Both the position numbers and the translations under genes were made by a program. The notes under the pieces are model-generated. The model saw only the letters and a program-made list of their open reading frames with translations. It was not told the DNA's origin and made no database searches. Below, piece after piece: positions 38,573 to 48,780 of a stretch of 64,000 nt of DNA; the first letter of the stretch is position 1, and the number at the start of each line of letters is the position of its first letter. The DNA comes from Phycisphaerae bacterium (GTDB lineage: Bacteria > Planctomycetota > Phycisphaerae > UBA1845). The stretch is taken from NCBI GenBank assembly GCA_963666835.2, contig CAXXGO010000006.1, positions 1 to 64,000 on the forward strand, read 5' to 3'.

Positions 38573-39778
38573 CTATGCTTGTGGTTTCAGTTTTTCGATG
38601 TGGGCGAGCAACTCCTCATCGTCCGCCAGGCCGCTCATGTGGAAGCAGAGCATTTCGTACGTGCGAAGAGTCGGCTTTCGCGCCGTCCATAGCGCGATCA
38701 ACAAGCATGCGATGATCGCGACATAAGTCTGTATCTCGATTCCATTCTCGCAGTGGCTCAACAGATGTCGACAGCCCAGTATGTGCTTGAAAAAACGAAA
38801 AAACGTCTCGACTGCCCAGCGGTTCTTGTAGATCAGAGCGATGACTTCCGGCTCGACGTCCATGATGTCGGTAGCCACCAGAAGCACTTCGCCCTGTTCG
38901 GGGCCGCCTCGCCCGTTCTTGTGGGTGTGCCGGTGGGGGTTGCACACGATCTTGACCAGACGCAGGGGCTGATTCAGCCCAGCTCTGGCGGCCTGGCCGC
39001 CAGTGAATCGAACAGTTAGATCGCTTTGAACTTCGCCGGCCTTGGCCACGTGGTCCGCTGAGGACGGGGTCCTGTCCTCAAGAACCTCGTACACGCTGTT
39101 GTCACGGACGCGGCACACGAAAGAGGACTTCACCTTAAGAATGTCGGCGAACAGCTCGAACTTGGCGTACCCTCGATCCATCACGTACACCCGATCGGGC
39201 AGTAGGCTTCTTTGGAGCGCAGCCCGTTCGTTGCCATCGCCGTCCGTGAGGTCCATGCGGGTTGGCACCCCCTTGAGCAACTCGAAGTGCGTGTGCAGTT
39301 TGAGGCCATGCGCACCCTTCACATCGCTCCACATCGCTTGCACGAGCTTGGGAAGGGCGGATAACACAGTTCCGTCGATCAGCGTGATAATGCCACGGAT
39401 GTCCTTGAATTCCCGGTTACCCGCAAGGGCCGGCAGTTCGTCGACCACCTCTTGGATGATGCCGCGAAGCAGGTCGGCGTCAAACACGCGAGCCGCTTCG
39501 GAGAGTGAACCGAGTGAGGCTCTCGAGCACCCGAGATTCTTTTGAACTTTCTTGAGTTCGCTGGTCTGCTGGATCCCGCGCAGGCTCGTCACGATCGGGT
39601 TGAAGAAATACAGCAGGATGAGTGCGGCGTACTGGTCGTAGTGCAAATCGCGGTTGCCGGCCCGATCCCGTTCACACGCCGTATCGTGCAGCCGCTCCAG
39701 AATCCTGTTGAGGAACTTGAAGTGCTTGAAGCCCCTCAAGTCAGGCTCCTCGATCTTCTTCTTGCGCCTTCCCGCCAT
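38573..39778 (-). CDS. IS4-family DDE transposase
   Basis: IDGT, DRGY and YKNRWAVETFFRFFK (YREK signature). Confidence 0.95.
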   Translation of the reverse strand: MAGRRKKKIEEPDLRGFKHFKFLNRILERLHDTACERDRAGNRDLHYDQYAALILLYFFNPIVTSLRGIQQTSELKKVQKNLGCSRASLGSLSEAARVFDADLLRGIIQEVVDELPALAGNREFKDIRGIITLIDGTVLSALPKLVQAMWSDVKGAHGLKLHTHFELLKGVPTRMDLTDGDGNERAALQRSLLPDRVYVMDRGYAKFELFADILKVKSSFVCRVRDNSVYEVLEDRTPSSADHVAKAGEVQSDLTVRFTGGQAARAGLNQPLRLVKIVCNPHRHTHKNGRGGPEQGEVLLVATDIMDVEPEVIALIYKNRWAVETFFRFFKHILGCRHLLSHCENGIEIQTYVAIIACLLIALWTARKPTLRTYEMLCFHMSGLADDEELLAHIEKLKPQA

Positions 39779-39852
39779 GGACCCGATTATGCGCGACCGG
39801 CGGCGCGAGCGCAAGCAAAGCCTGGCGCGAATTTGTCGTGCCGAAGCGGGGC

Positions 39853-39881
39853 TTGACGGTATCGTCAATCAAACGCAATCT
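39853..39881 (+). promoter_or_regulatory. Putative outward-facing promoter in the IS4 end
   Basis: TTGACG-N17-CAATCT pointing at the ORF starting at 39928. Confidence 0.35.
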
Positions 39882-39927
39882 GAGTGCCGAACACTATTGC
39901 TCCCGACCCCTTTTGGGGGTAAGGACC

Positions 39928-41010
39928 ATGGAACGACGACCCGACAGCGCACCACCGAGCACGGTCCGGGTCCGGCGGATCTGGATCCCGTATCGCAAGC
40001 GCGGGATCGTCGGCGCTGCGGTTCTCGGCGGCGGGATCTTCGTGGCCTGGACAGCGGTTGCGGTGTTCTTCCTGTTGACCGGAGAGATCCTCTTCGACCG
40101 CTATATAAATCAACCTGACTGGTATGTTGCATCTTCGTTGTTCGCCGGTGCGGGCGGGGCGGTGGCTTGGGTTATGTACGAAGCCCGCTGGCATCACCGC
40201 GTGATGATGGCGCCTTCACAGGGGCGAACCAGGCGGCTGATGAAGCTGGCGGAAGACGCGCGGTTTCGGAGCCGGCTCCCGCACCGCGTCTTGGAATTGC
40301 AGCTTCGCACTTTCCACTGCCGCGAGTATGCGGGGAAGGATGTCATCCGGCGGATTGCCCCCGGGGAGTTGATCGTCGTGGATGGTCCGAGGATTCTCGA
40401 TGCGCCCCGGCCGGTCCCGTGCGATCTGCCCTTCGAGCCACTCGACATCGCCGAGGAATCCGAACAGCTGTGGGGGCTTATTGCCTATAATGCCGAGCAG
40501 CAGGGCATTCCGATCGCCTGCGCGGACGACGTGGATGACGATACTGCTGATCAGATCAAACACCGCGAATCGAGACGCAGGCTTCGTCGATGGGGCTCGA
40601 TACTGTTGAACTCATTCTGGTTGGTCTACTTTATCCAGAATTGTATCAGAGACGGCTGGACGAGTACGTCGCAGATACTATGCGTGTCCGTGCTCGTGAT
40701 CGGCGGGGTAGCGCTGGTGATTATGATGTTCGCGCGCGGCTGGTGGTTGGTGCCCGGCGGGCTCATCTGGCGCCGGCACCACCTGTGGCGTCGGGTACTG
40801 AAGGTGCATCTCTTCACGCCGGAGAACACGCCGCTCATGCTCGATATGAGAGCACGGACCGGCATGGTTGTGCGCGGTGATAAGGTACAGTCGTTCACAT
40901 TCCACGAGTCGGCCGGTTGGCCGATCATCGCCGGCTGGATCAGCACCGCCCGACGAACCACCGAGCAAGAAGCCCTCGCCTTCATCGGCCCCGATGCTGT
41001 CTGCGCCTGA
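39928..41010 (+). CDS. Hypothetical membrane protein (paralog of 48781-49866)
   Basis: AAGGA RBS, two pairs of TM helices, long blocks shared with the second copy. Confidence 0.8.
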   Translation: MERRPDSAPPSTVRVRRIWIPYRKRGIVGAAVLGGGIFVAWTAVAVFFLLTGEILFDRYINQPDWYVASSLFAGAGGAVAWVMYEARWHHRVMMAPSQGRTRRLMKLAEDARFRSRLPHRVLELQLRTFHCREYAGKDVIRRIAPGELIVVDGPRILDAPRPVPCDLPFEPLDIAEESEQLWGLIAYNAEQQGIPIACADDVDDDTADQIKHRESRRRLRRWGSILLNSFWLVYFIQNCIRDGWTSTSQILCVSVLVIGGVALVIMMFARGWWLVPGGLIWRRHHLWRRVLKVHLFTPENTPLMLDMRARTGMVVRGDKVQSFTFHESAGWPIIAGWISTARRTTEQEALAFIGPDAVCA

Positions 41011-41108
41011 AAAAAGGGGTCGGAGGCAATCCTGTTCGGTACAGCATTTGCTTCAGTGCAGTTTCGCCTCAAGCGACTTGAGTACGGAACAGGATTGCGC
41101 CCGTTTTC
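41010..41108. repeat. Variant family P-like palindromic element
   Basis: TGA-AAAAAGGGGTCGGAGGCAATCCTGTTCGGTAC ... GTACGGAACAGGATTGCGCCCGTTTT. Confidence 0.7.
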
Positions 41109-41345
41109 TCAAGGCAAAAACAGGAAACGGGCGGTCCAGCCGCTTGACGTGTGTGACAGCGTGCCGACTGTACCGCCGTTTCCTTTGCTCCCATCCCTCC
41201 GCGATCGTGCTTCAATCCCTCGCGAGTACTCCTTCCCCCGACGCCTGTGCCTCGTTTCCTCGCCGTCGCTTCTCTTACCTGCCGGGCACACTACAACTGT
41301 CCGGTTAAGGCGGTATAAGGGCGGCATTAATCCTGTGTTAAGTTG

Positions 41346-41402
41346 AAGGAACGGGGCAGGAGTCTCTACGGTTCCGCGCGAAAAAGACTCCCGACCCCTT
41401 TA
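41346..41402. repeat. Family P element overlapping the 3' end of the 4Fe-4S gene
   Basis: AAGGAACGGGGCAGGAGTCT ... AAAAAGACTCCCGACCCCTTT. Confidence 0.7.
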
Positions 41403-42541
41403 TTCGGGAATCCGTAGCGAATGGCGTCTTGCGGGCAGGCGTTGAGGCAGCGCGCGCAGCTTGTGCAGTCGGCCGGGAACCGGCGTCCCTCCACAATGCC
41501 CATCGCGGCCTGTGAGGGGCATGCCTTGATGCACGCTCCGCACTTGGTGCAGTTTGCACGATCAATTCGCACGCGCGCTAGGCTTAATCGCTCCGCCAAC
41601 CACGAAAGGAAGCCGAAAGGGCAGATCACAAAGCAGAACGGGCGATACACAAACAAAGCCAGAGCAATCGACACGATGATCGTAACCAAAACCACCCACT
41701 CGTCGAAATCGAGATCGAAGAGGTTGAACGGGTTGAGGGCGTGATAGACGACGAAGCCCTTCCTTCCACCGACAATCCCAAACAGAAGCACGAGCATTGC
41801 GATGAACAGCGCGCCGCGAATCGTGTTACTCAGCCAGAACGGCAGCTTCCATCGCTTCAGCTTGCGGAGGATCGGGAGACTGTAAACCAGCTCTTGTATT
41901 GCGCCGAACGGACACGCCCAGCCGCAAATGAGTTTGTTACCTATAATCGCCAAGGCAATGAAGAAGGCAAAGGCAATGGTCTTATCCGCCACCGATGGAT
42001 ATAGCCCCACCAGAGACTTGAAGAACTTGACGGCTCCTTCCATCGGGTTGGGAGACTTACCCAAAACGAATCCGCAGGCAATTACACTGACGACCAGAGC
42101 AATGAGATACGGCAGGCGAGGATACCACATTCGGCGCTGCGAGACTTGCGTCTCGTCCGGCCGCCCGAGCCGCGTCAAGAAGACCAAACCAAACAGCGCC
42201 AAAGCTGCATAGATATAGTACTTCAATACCGCCGGCTCGTGCGAAAGCAGGTGGGCGGTACTGTGGTCAAGCTGGTCCTGCGATATGCCGAGTTCGATGA
42301 GCGGCTTCCCCTTGGGTACGTCGAGCGGCAGCCCCAACTCTCGGGCGAGTGCTCGCCCGGTTACGCCCAGACTCGGCGCGAGCTGTTTGATACTCATCTG
42401 GAGTTCAAACTGGAGGTCAGTCGACCCCGTTTGCTCGGGCTCGCACAGTATTCCAATTGCGACGATCAGAACCGCCCCCGCCAGCGAAGCGCCGAACCAT
42501 GCCTTCTGTCTCGAAGAAAGGCGTTGCCAAGTGTAACGCAT
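41366..42541 (-). CDS. Membrane 4Fe-4S-binding protein (NapH/MauN-like polyferredoxin)
   Basis: Multiple TM helices, CGWACPFG, CFVICPFG and two CxxCxxCxxxCP motifs. Confidence 0.88.
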   Translation of the reverse strand: MRYTWQRLSSRQKAWFGASLAGAVLIVAIGILCEPEQTGSTDLQFELQMSIKQLAPSLGVTGRALARELGLPLDVPKGKPLIELGISQDQLDHSTAHLLSHEPAVLKYYIYAALALFGLVFLTRLGRPDETQVSQRRMWYPRLPYLIALVVSVIACGFVLGKSPNPMEGAVKFFKSLVGLYPSVADKTIAFAFFIALAIIGNKLICGWACPFGAIQELVYSLPILRKLKRWKLPFWLSNTIRGALFIAMLVLLFGIVGGRKGFVVYHALNPFNLFDLDFDEWVVLVTIIVSIALALFVYRPFCFVICPFGFLSWLAERLSLARVRIDRANCTKCGACIKACPSQAAMGIVEGRRFPADCTSCARCLNACPQDAIRYGFPNKGVGSLFRAEP

Positions 42542-42582
42542 TCAATACCTCCGTCGCCCGGGACGTCAGTATCCCGCGCGAT

Positions 42583-42915
42583 CTACGTAGCTTCGTTCGA
42601 GGAGCCGGCAAGTCGCCGCAAGCCGTCTGCAAGCAGATCAACATCAGTGTCATTGGGAAGTTGCACCGATCGCTCGGCGGCTGTATGGCACGCTCCACCG
42701 CGGCGGATTTCGTCAGCAACTTCGGTTCGTCCGATCGCCTTGAGGATCGTGAGTCGGGCTTGCCGTATCGGTCCGGTCGATGAATCGGTCATGGTCAGCA
42801 GTAACCGCAGTCGGCTTCCAATACCGCGGTTCTCTCGGCGGAGGTCTTCCCCGTCTGCACGTGCAGCATCCAGCTCATTCAGAACCTGCCGGGCCATCTT
42901 GGCGACTTCAGACAT
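42583..42915 (-). CDS. Hypothetical protein
   Basis: Fills the gap between two co-oriented genes; ATG start; no recognisable motif. Confidence 0.4.
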   Translation of the reverse strand: MSEVAKMARQVLNELDAARADGEDLRRENRGIGSRLRLLLTMTDSSTGPIRQARLTILKAIGRTEVADEIRRGGACHTAAERSVQLPNDTDVDLLADGLRRLAGSSNEAT

Positions 42916-43072
42916 GTTATCATCACTTCCAAAGAGTCTTCGTCCGCGAACCGGATCGCCTTCTCACGCGTGAAGATCCGGGTCCAATCCACGCCGTACG
43001 CTTGTCTTTGCACTGCTCAAGAGCACTGGCACACTCGAAACCCCGGGGTGTGACGCAGCACTAATCCGGCAA

Positions 43073-44245
43073 TCACCCAAAGAACGATTCCATTCTATCA
43101 AATGCCTTGTTGATCTCTTCCTCTGAGACGCAGAATGACATCCGCAAATGTCCCTGGCCGGTCGGCCCGAATGCGATTCCGGGCGTCGTGGATACTCCAC
43201 CTTCCTTGAGTAACCTCTTGCAGAAGGCGGGCGAATCCTGCCCCTCTGGCGGCAGGATCTTCGGGAACATCAGATAAGAACCGTGTGGTTTTACATACGC
43301 GAAAGTGTCACCCAAACCGTCGAGTCTGCTACACATCAGGTCCCGCGCAGTCTGGTAGTGCTCCCTATATGCCGCTACACAATCCTGAGGCCCCTGCAAA
43401 GCGGCCAGCGCGGCATACTGAGATACGACCGGCGCACAGATCGCGAACGGAATATGTGCCTTCGTGATCTGCGGAATGAACTCCTCGTCCGTATGGAGAT
43501 AGCCAATCCTCCACCCGGTCATTGCATACGTTTTGGTAAAGGTATAGCAACTGACGGCATGCTTGCGCATTTCGGGTATCGCCGCTATGCTGAAGTGCTT
43601 GTGTCCATCGTAGACGAAGTACTCGTATGCTTCGTCGGTGATGACCGTCAAGTTGTTTTCCAGTGAAATATCGGCCAACTCTCGAAGCTGCGCCTCTGAA
43701 TAGACAGTGCCGGTCGGATTACACGGCGAGCAATACATAATGGCCTTGGTTCTCGGCGTAACAGCTTTTCGGATACCATCAATATCGAGAATGAAACCCT
43801 CCTCTTCCATTGCGGGCACGAGGACGGGTTTTCCGGAAGCGATAACGACCTGCCGAATATGCGTGGAATACGTGGGCGTTGGTAGGATGACTTCATCGCC
43901 GGGATCGATTGTGGCCATCACCGCGGCCGCAAGCCCCTCGATGGCCCCGACGGTAACCAGCACCTCGTTCGCCTTCGCGTCGACGTTGTTGTCCCTTTTG
44001 AGCTTCTTGACAATCTCCTCACGCAAGGCGGGCAGCCCGGACGTTTCCGAGTACCCGCCGGCAAACCCGCTTCGGATAGCAGTAATGGCGGCCTCCTTGA
44101 TATGCTCCGGCGTATCGGAGGTCGGCTTGGCCCAGGACAGAAACGCCACATCCTCCACTTCCTTTGACAGCCGGGTCATCTCATGAATGGCGGATTTGCC
44201 TATCTGTGTGACCCGCTGCGACGCTCTCCCGCTATCCCGCATCAT
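43073..44245 (-). CDS. PLP-dependent aminotransferase class I/II
   Basis: GLPALREEI, PCNPTG, DEAY, TFTKTYAMTGWRIGY (PLP lysine), PGIAFG. Confidence 0.93.
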   Translation of the reverse strand: MMRDSGRASQRVTQIGKSAIHEMTRLSKEVEDVAFLSWAKPTSDTPEHIKEAAITAIRSGFAGGYSETSGLPALREEIVKKLKRDNNVDAKANEVLVTVGAIEGLAAAVMATIDPGDEVILPTPTYSTHIRQVVIASGKPVLVPAMEEEGFILDIDGIRKAVTPRTKAIMYCSPCNPTGTVYSEAQLRELADISLENNLTVITDEAYEYFVYDGHKHFSIAAIPEMRKHAVSCYTFTKTYAMTGWRIGYLHTDEEFIPQITKAHIPFAICAPVVSQYAALAALQGPQDCVAAYREHYQTARDLMCSRLDGLGDTFAYVKPHGSYLMFPKILPPEGQDSPAFCKRLLKEGGVSTTPGIAFGPTGQGHLRMSFCVSEEEINKAFDRMESFFG

Positions 44246-44453
44246 ATCGTCTCCTTACGACGAATCGCGCCGGTATTCGATTGCCGCTCAACATGTATCT
44301 CGAGTTCGGATCGCAAGCGGCGGCGATTATTCTCCCGTTCGATCTGCGCGCGCTGCCACGACAAAGCACCTGACGTTATGCGGCTAAGAGAAAGCGTCAA
44401 GAGCTCGACATCTTAAACCACGACCCGCGACCTAGCGAGCCGGTGCGCGCGCC

Positions 44454-46919
44454 CTATTGGCACCCATCGAATTCCGGCGGCGAGTCGGTTTGGGGCAGGT
44501 CCGTGTCAAAGGTACATCCGGCCACACCCTGCCAGTTGCCGCCCAACGGGCCCTGGTAGTGGCGGTAGCACCAGTAGTGATACGACCATGACGTAAACTG
44601 CGGGCAAAGCCACTCCTGGGCCTCTTCCACCGAATCGAAGCCGCCCTGCAGCTCGGCCTTGGTGAGCAGTTCGGTGGGATCGATGCCGCCGCCGGACCAC
44701 GATGATCGCAGCTCCTCGGCCTCGAACCTGTCGCGATCTGTGATCTGGATATGCGGCGCCCCCCAACAGCAGACGTTGCTGGTATACCAGACGACATACT
44801 CCGTCGTCGGAGTAACCGGCGTGCAGGTGACGTCGTCGCAGCTTGTCGCGGGGCCCATAAAGTCGGTCGGCCCGAGGCTGGTGGTATCGAGTTCCTCGCA
44901 GTCCTCCCTGGAGGCCTCGGTGCATTCTCCGTCACTGGTGCAGCACGCGCCCAGCACTTCGCACTCGTCGTAGATGATGTCGTCGAGGCCGTGTTCCACG
45001 CCGTCGAGCGTGGCCGTCACCATGAACGCGGGGTCGTCCGTGAAGTCAGTCAATCCGACGCAGCATGCGGCGGCGGCCTCCTCGGCCGTGGCAAAGACCT
45101 GCCCGGACAGCACATCATCCGAGAAGAGCGCGGGCTCATCCGGGTCCGTGCCGCCGCCGGGGAACTCGCTCAGAAGCATGCCCGAGTCGATCGTATCGCA
45201 TGCGTCTTGAACCGTCAGATAGCGCGACGGCTCCGGGAAGTTGACGATCGTGTAACAGGTATACATCTCCGGACACGTGTCCGAATCGCAGTCGACGTCA
45301 AAGCCCTGATACTCGCCGTCGTTTACATCGCATTCGTCAACGGTTGTCTCCTCGCAACAGCCGTTCGGCGTGCAACACGCGCCGAGGCACTCCGTCGTTG
45401 CGCACTGCGTACCGACGCCGCCCGGAGTACCGGCCAGTTCACCCATTACATCGCCGCCGGTTGCGCAGACGTCGGGAGCAAGGTCCAGGCACGTTCCGTC
45501 CGGGAAGCAGCAAGCCTCCGGACAAGGCCGATCATCGCAGAATACGCCGGATGACTGCGGATCACCGCCGACTTCCACGCAGAACTCGAGCGGAGCGTCC
45601 GCGCAGTCGGGCCCAGCGGTTGCGGTCGCCGGAAGACAGCAGGCGTAGACGTCCGCGGTCAGGTCCTCCGATTGCCAGCAGGGCCAGGGGTCGCAGGCCA
45701 CTCCGAGGCCCTCGTACGTCCCGCCTTCCCATTCGCAGTCCGCCACGGTCATCGACTCGCAGCTTCCGCACCTCATCCGCCCTGTGTCGTCATCGATGAA
45801 GCAGACTCCGGGCAGGCAGCAGGCGCCCTTGCACTCGGTATCCGCACACAGCTTGTCCGCCCCGGCAGCTACGCCTTGTAGATCGGAGCACGACGACGAC
45901 GTCATGTCCAGGCAGGATCCGTCGGGAAGGCAGCAGCCCTGCTTGTCTTCGCCGGAGAAATCGAAGTATCCGCAGACAAGCTCGTCGTCATACCACAAAA
46001 CCACGGCCTGGAAGTCGCTTTGGTTGATAGCCGGGCAAGTGGCGGTGTCGAGCACGTCAGGCTCGGTGCAGCTCGCCGCGTCGGTTCCCGTTCCGTCGAT
46101 GCCGGTAATCAGATCCGTATAGTTCGGGCAATACACGGCCTGGAACGTGACCAGGTCGTTCATAGACAAGTTGTCGAAGTACTTCTGCCCGTGCATTCCG
46201 GGTGTCACCAGGTTGTCCTCGTCCGCTTCGTCACCCGGGGCGACGATGTGGACCCGGGTGGCGTCCGCGTTGATCAGCGTGAACCTGGCGGTCAGCCCGT
46301 CATTCGGTTCATCCTCCGACGGCCCGAAAATCACGTCGAGCCCGCCGATCTCCAACACGCCCGCGAAGTCGGACGTCATTTCGAGACACATGCTGATGTC
46401 GTTGGTCAAGAACAGGTTCAGGGCGGTCACGTCAAGGGCCAGCTCCTCGTCGACAATGGTAATAACCCCGTTCTCGCCGACTTGGATCTCGTACGTTCCA
46501 ACGCTGGAACCCGTCTGGCACGGGTCGGTCGCACCGGCGGAGTCCACGGCCACCTTGAGCCGAGCGGTGCCCGTGATAGTTTGGCTGGTTACGGGCAGCT
46601 TGCTGGACGTCGACTCCCGAAGTGTCACGCTTGAAGCACGCAGGCGCAACGTCCCTGACGAAGGTGTGTCGGTCGGGGTACCCCCGAGGAAGTTCGCCGC
46701 GTCAACGATCTTCTGGACAACGCTGGCCGTTGTCAGGTCGAAGACACCCGCGACACCCAAAGTCAGCGTGATGGTCTTACCGCCGATAGTAAACGAGGCG
46801 GAGCCTCCTCCGTCGGGACCCGGTTCGATGGTCACCGTGCAGCTCGTCAACCACACCCATGCGCCGGCCGCGATCACGGCGATTCCCAGAACTCGCGCGA
46901 ATTGTTTGTGATGCTTCAT
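44454..46919 (-). CDS. Cys-rich acidic surface lipoprotein with GACC repeats
   Basis: WLTS-C lipobox-like site; six (G/E/Y)ACC- or GCC-type modules such as GACCTPNGC and EACCFPDGTC. Confidence 0.8.
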   Translation of the reverse strand: MKHHKQFARVLGIAVIAAGAWVWLTSCTVTIEPGPDGGGSASFTIGGKTITLTLGVAGVFDLTTASVVQKIVDAANFLGGTPTDTPSSGTLRLRASSVTLRESTSSKLPVTSQTITGTARLKVAVDSAGATDPCQTGSSVGTYEIQVGENGVITIVDEELALDVTALNLFLTNDISMCLEMTSDFAGVLEIGGLDVIFGPSEDEPNDGLTARFTLINADATRVHIVAPGDEADEDNLVTPGMHGQKYFDNLSMNDLVTFQAVYCPNYTDLITGIDGTGTDAASCTEPDVLDTATCPAINQSDFQAVVLWYDDELVCGYFDFSGEDKQGCCLPDGSCLDMTSSSCSDLQGVAAGADKLCADTECKGACCLPGVCFIDDDTGRMRCGSCESMTVADCEWEGGTYEGLGVACDPWPCWQSEDLTADVYACCLPATATAGPDCADAPLEFCVEVGGDPQSSGVFCDDRPCPEACCFPDGTCLDLAPDVCATGGDVMGELAGTPGGVGTQCATTECLGACCTPNGCCEETTVDECDVNDGEYQGFDVDCDSDTCPEMYTCYTIVNFPEPSRYLTVQDACDTIDSGMLLSEFPGGGTDPDEPALFSDDVLSGQVFATAEEAAAACCVGLTDFTDDPAFMVTATLDGVEHGLDDIIYDECEVLGACCTSDGECTEASREDCEELDTTSLGPTDFMGPATSCDDVTCTPVTPTTEYVVWYTSNVCCWGAPHIQITDRDRFEAEELRSSWSGGGIDPTELLTKAELQGGFDSVEEAQEWLCPQFTSWSYHYWCYRHYQGPLGGNWQGVAGCTFDTDLPQTDSPPEFDGCQ

Positions 46920-47399
46920 GTGCTTTCTAGCTCCTGATCGGCATCCCTGCCGCAGGCCCACCGGGCTATCGGATTGGCCTACCCCGGAATCGTAAGTTCT
47001 TGCTATTACGCGACTTGCGTGCGCAACCGCAGTGAACGAGTGACCTTTACAGTCCGCATGTTGCGTTTCGTAAGCGCGATGCGTGCGCGATCTCCTGAGA
47101 TCTCGCTACGGCCACCGTCGTATTGTACCGTAACCGGTCGTTTGCGCAAACTGTTTTCAGGCGCCGGCGCTTTGATGTAACGGATAAGGGCGAACGCCCC
47201 CCTTCTGCCCCGGCAACTGAGTAGGTCGGGCTCAGGCCGACGTTCTGCCTGCCAGATGCGCAACTCGGGCGGGTGCCCATTCATTCCGGCGTCTGTTGCG
47301 TTGGAACAGCCGCGCCCACTCGCCGCCGGAATGGGTGGGGGATGAACGGGAATCCCAAGGGCACCCACCAAACCAACCCCGAAGGTGTCGGGCAGAGCG

Positions 47400-47687
47400 C
47401 AATGGTACTAACCTTGTCAGGCAGTCGTGCGGTAACTCGTCCCGAGGGGGCGAAAGGCGTGTAGCCACGGGTGGAGCGAAGCGGAACCCGTGGATGAGAT
47501 CGCTCCCCACATGCTCCCGTCCCGAAGGGCCGGAGGAGGGCGGACCTCGAGGCAGGCTGGAAGCCTACGCTACGGGGTGTCCCGAAGGGCCGGAGGACGT
47601 TTTCAGAGATTGCTCGAAGGCCTGAATGGCCACATACCGCCGACGACAATCAGCTTGGGAGGTCTCGCCACCACGCCGCAACCCCGT
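47400..47687 (+). mobile_element. MITE copy D, truncated on the right
   Basis: CAATGGTACTAACCTTGTCAGG end preceded by GTCGGGCAGAGCG; colinear with copy A up to GCCACCACGCC.CAACCC, then replaced by a transposase remnant. Confidence 0.75.
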
Positions 47688-47734
47688 CGGCAGAGGTTTT
47701 CTCGGGCGAGTTGATTAGGCTTCTGGGCTTCGGG

Positions 47735-48623
47735 TCACCGGAAGCGGAAGTCCAGTTTGAAACCGTAGAGCCAGGGAATGTTGGGGCTGATGTGCTCCTG
47801 TTTTAGTCGCTCAGGCAGGTGCTCATAGTGCGTCCGAAGGCTATTGGCGTCAGGGGCGTTGTAGAATGTGACGACAATGGTGTCGTCTCGGACGCGCACG
47901 TCACCTTCGAGACCAACCAACAGGGACTTGGCGAAGTGAGCGGCATCCCATGTGGAGAAAGGCCCCTCCAGTCTGCGGCGGAGCTGGTGAAGGGCGGCTT
48001 GTGCGAGCAAGGCCATGGTCATCTGTCCATAGCGAATATGCAGGTTGAGCGTCCCGGCTCGGTTCCAGCCGAGGGCCTGGTGCGTGTGAAAGAACTCTTC
48101 AACGCGCCATCGTTTGGGGTAATCCAAGGTGAGCGCCTCTGCTTCGGTACCGCCGCATCTGTCGCTTGCTGTAGCTGCGTATCCGATGAGGATCGATTGC
48201 CAGGAGCCGTGCTCTGTAATGATGCGAGGCTCGACGGATCCGTCCCAAGGCAACCTGAAGTCGTTGCCCTTGCGCTATAGTGCGCTCATCCAGTAGGCTG
48301 TGTATCGTCACATCGTTGGCCACGAATGGTAACCCGTTGGCCAACTCGAAGCCGCGTTGGCTGAGCGATCGACTCTGACGTAGGCCGGCGGCGCACAAGG
48401 CCGCCTCATGAACCATTTGAAGCGCCAAACGGGGTTCCACTCGCTCAGTGGGTTGACCGCTCCAGCCACAAAGCAGATCCCACGTACCCAAACGCAGATG
48501 CTCAGGGATCAGCAGCCACAGGCCAACCCGGTTGCCGGAGAGCCGCGGGATCGCGTCGCACGTCAATCCCAGCCCCGCCAGGGGCGGCACTTCGATACTC
48601 GAACAGGTTCCGGCGGTCGCCAA
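47735..48623 (-). pseudogene. Internally deleted, frameshifted DDE-type transposase
   Basis: An N-terminal frame (…LLAIDPH…) and a C-terminal frame (YPKRWRVEEFF…IPWLYGFKLDFRF) join near 48160; the expected central catalytic region is missing. Confidence 0.7.
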
Positions 48624-48780
48624 CGTATTTCTGTACGATGTTGAATTACCGGTGTTCGTTCCAAACGTTCATGCCCTATGCCGCCTCAAAGGGCCTGGCG
48701 CGAAACGTCCGAATGCTCTCCCAAGGCTCACGCGCTGAGCTGTGGGCGTACGTTTCGATACGATCGTCACCAAAAACATT

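Larger units (their letters stand above)
38421..39899 (-). mobile_element. IS4-family insertion sequence, intact
   Basis: Perfect 27-bp TIR CAATAGTGTTCGGCACTCAGATTGCGT; perfect 9-bp TSD CTCCCGACC (38412-38420 / 39900-39908). Confidence 0.96.
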
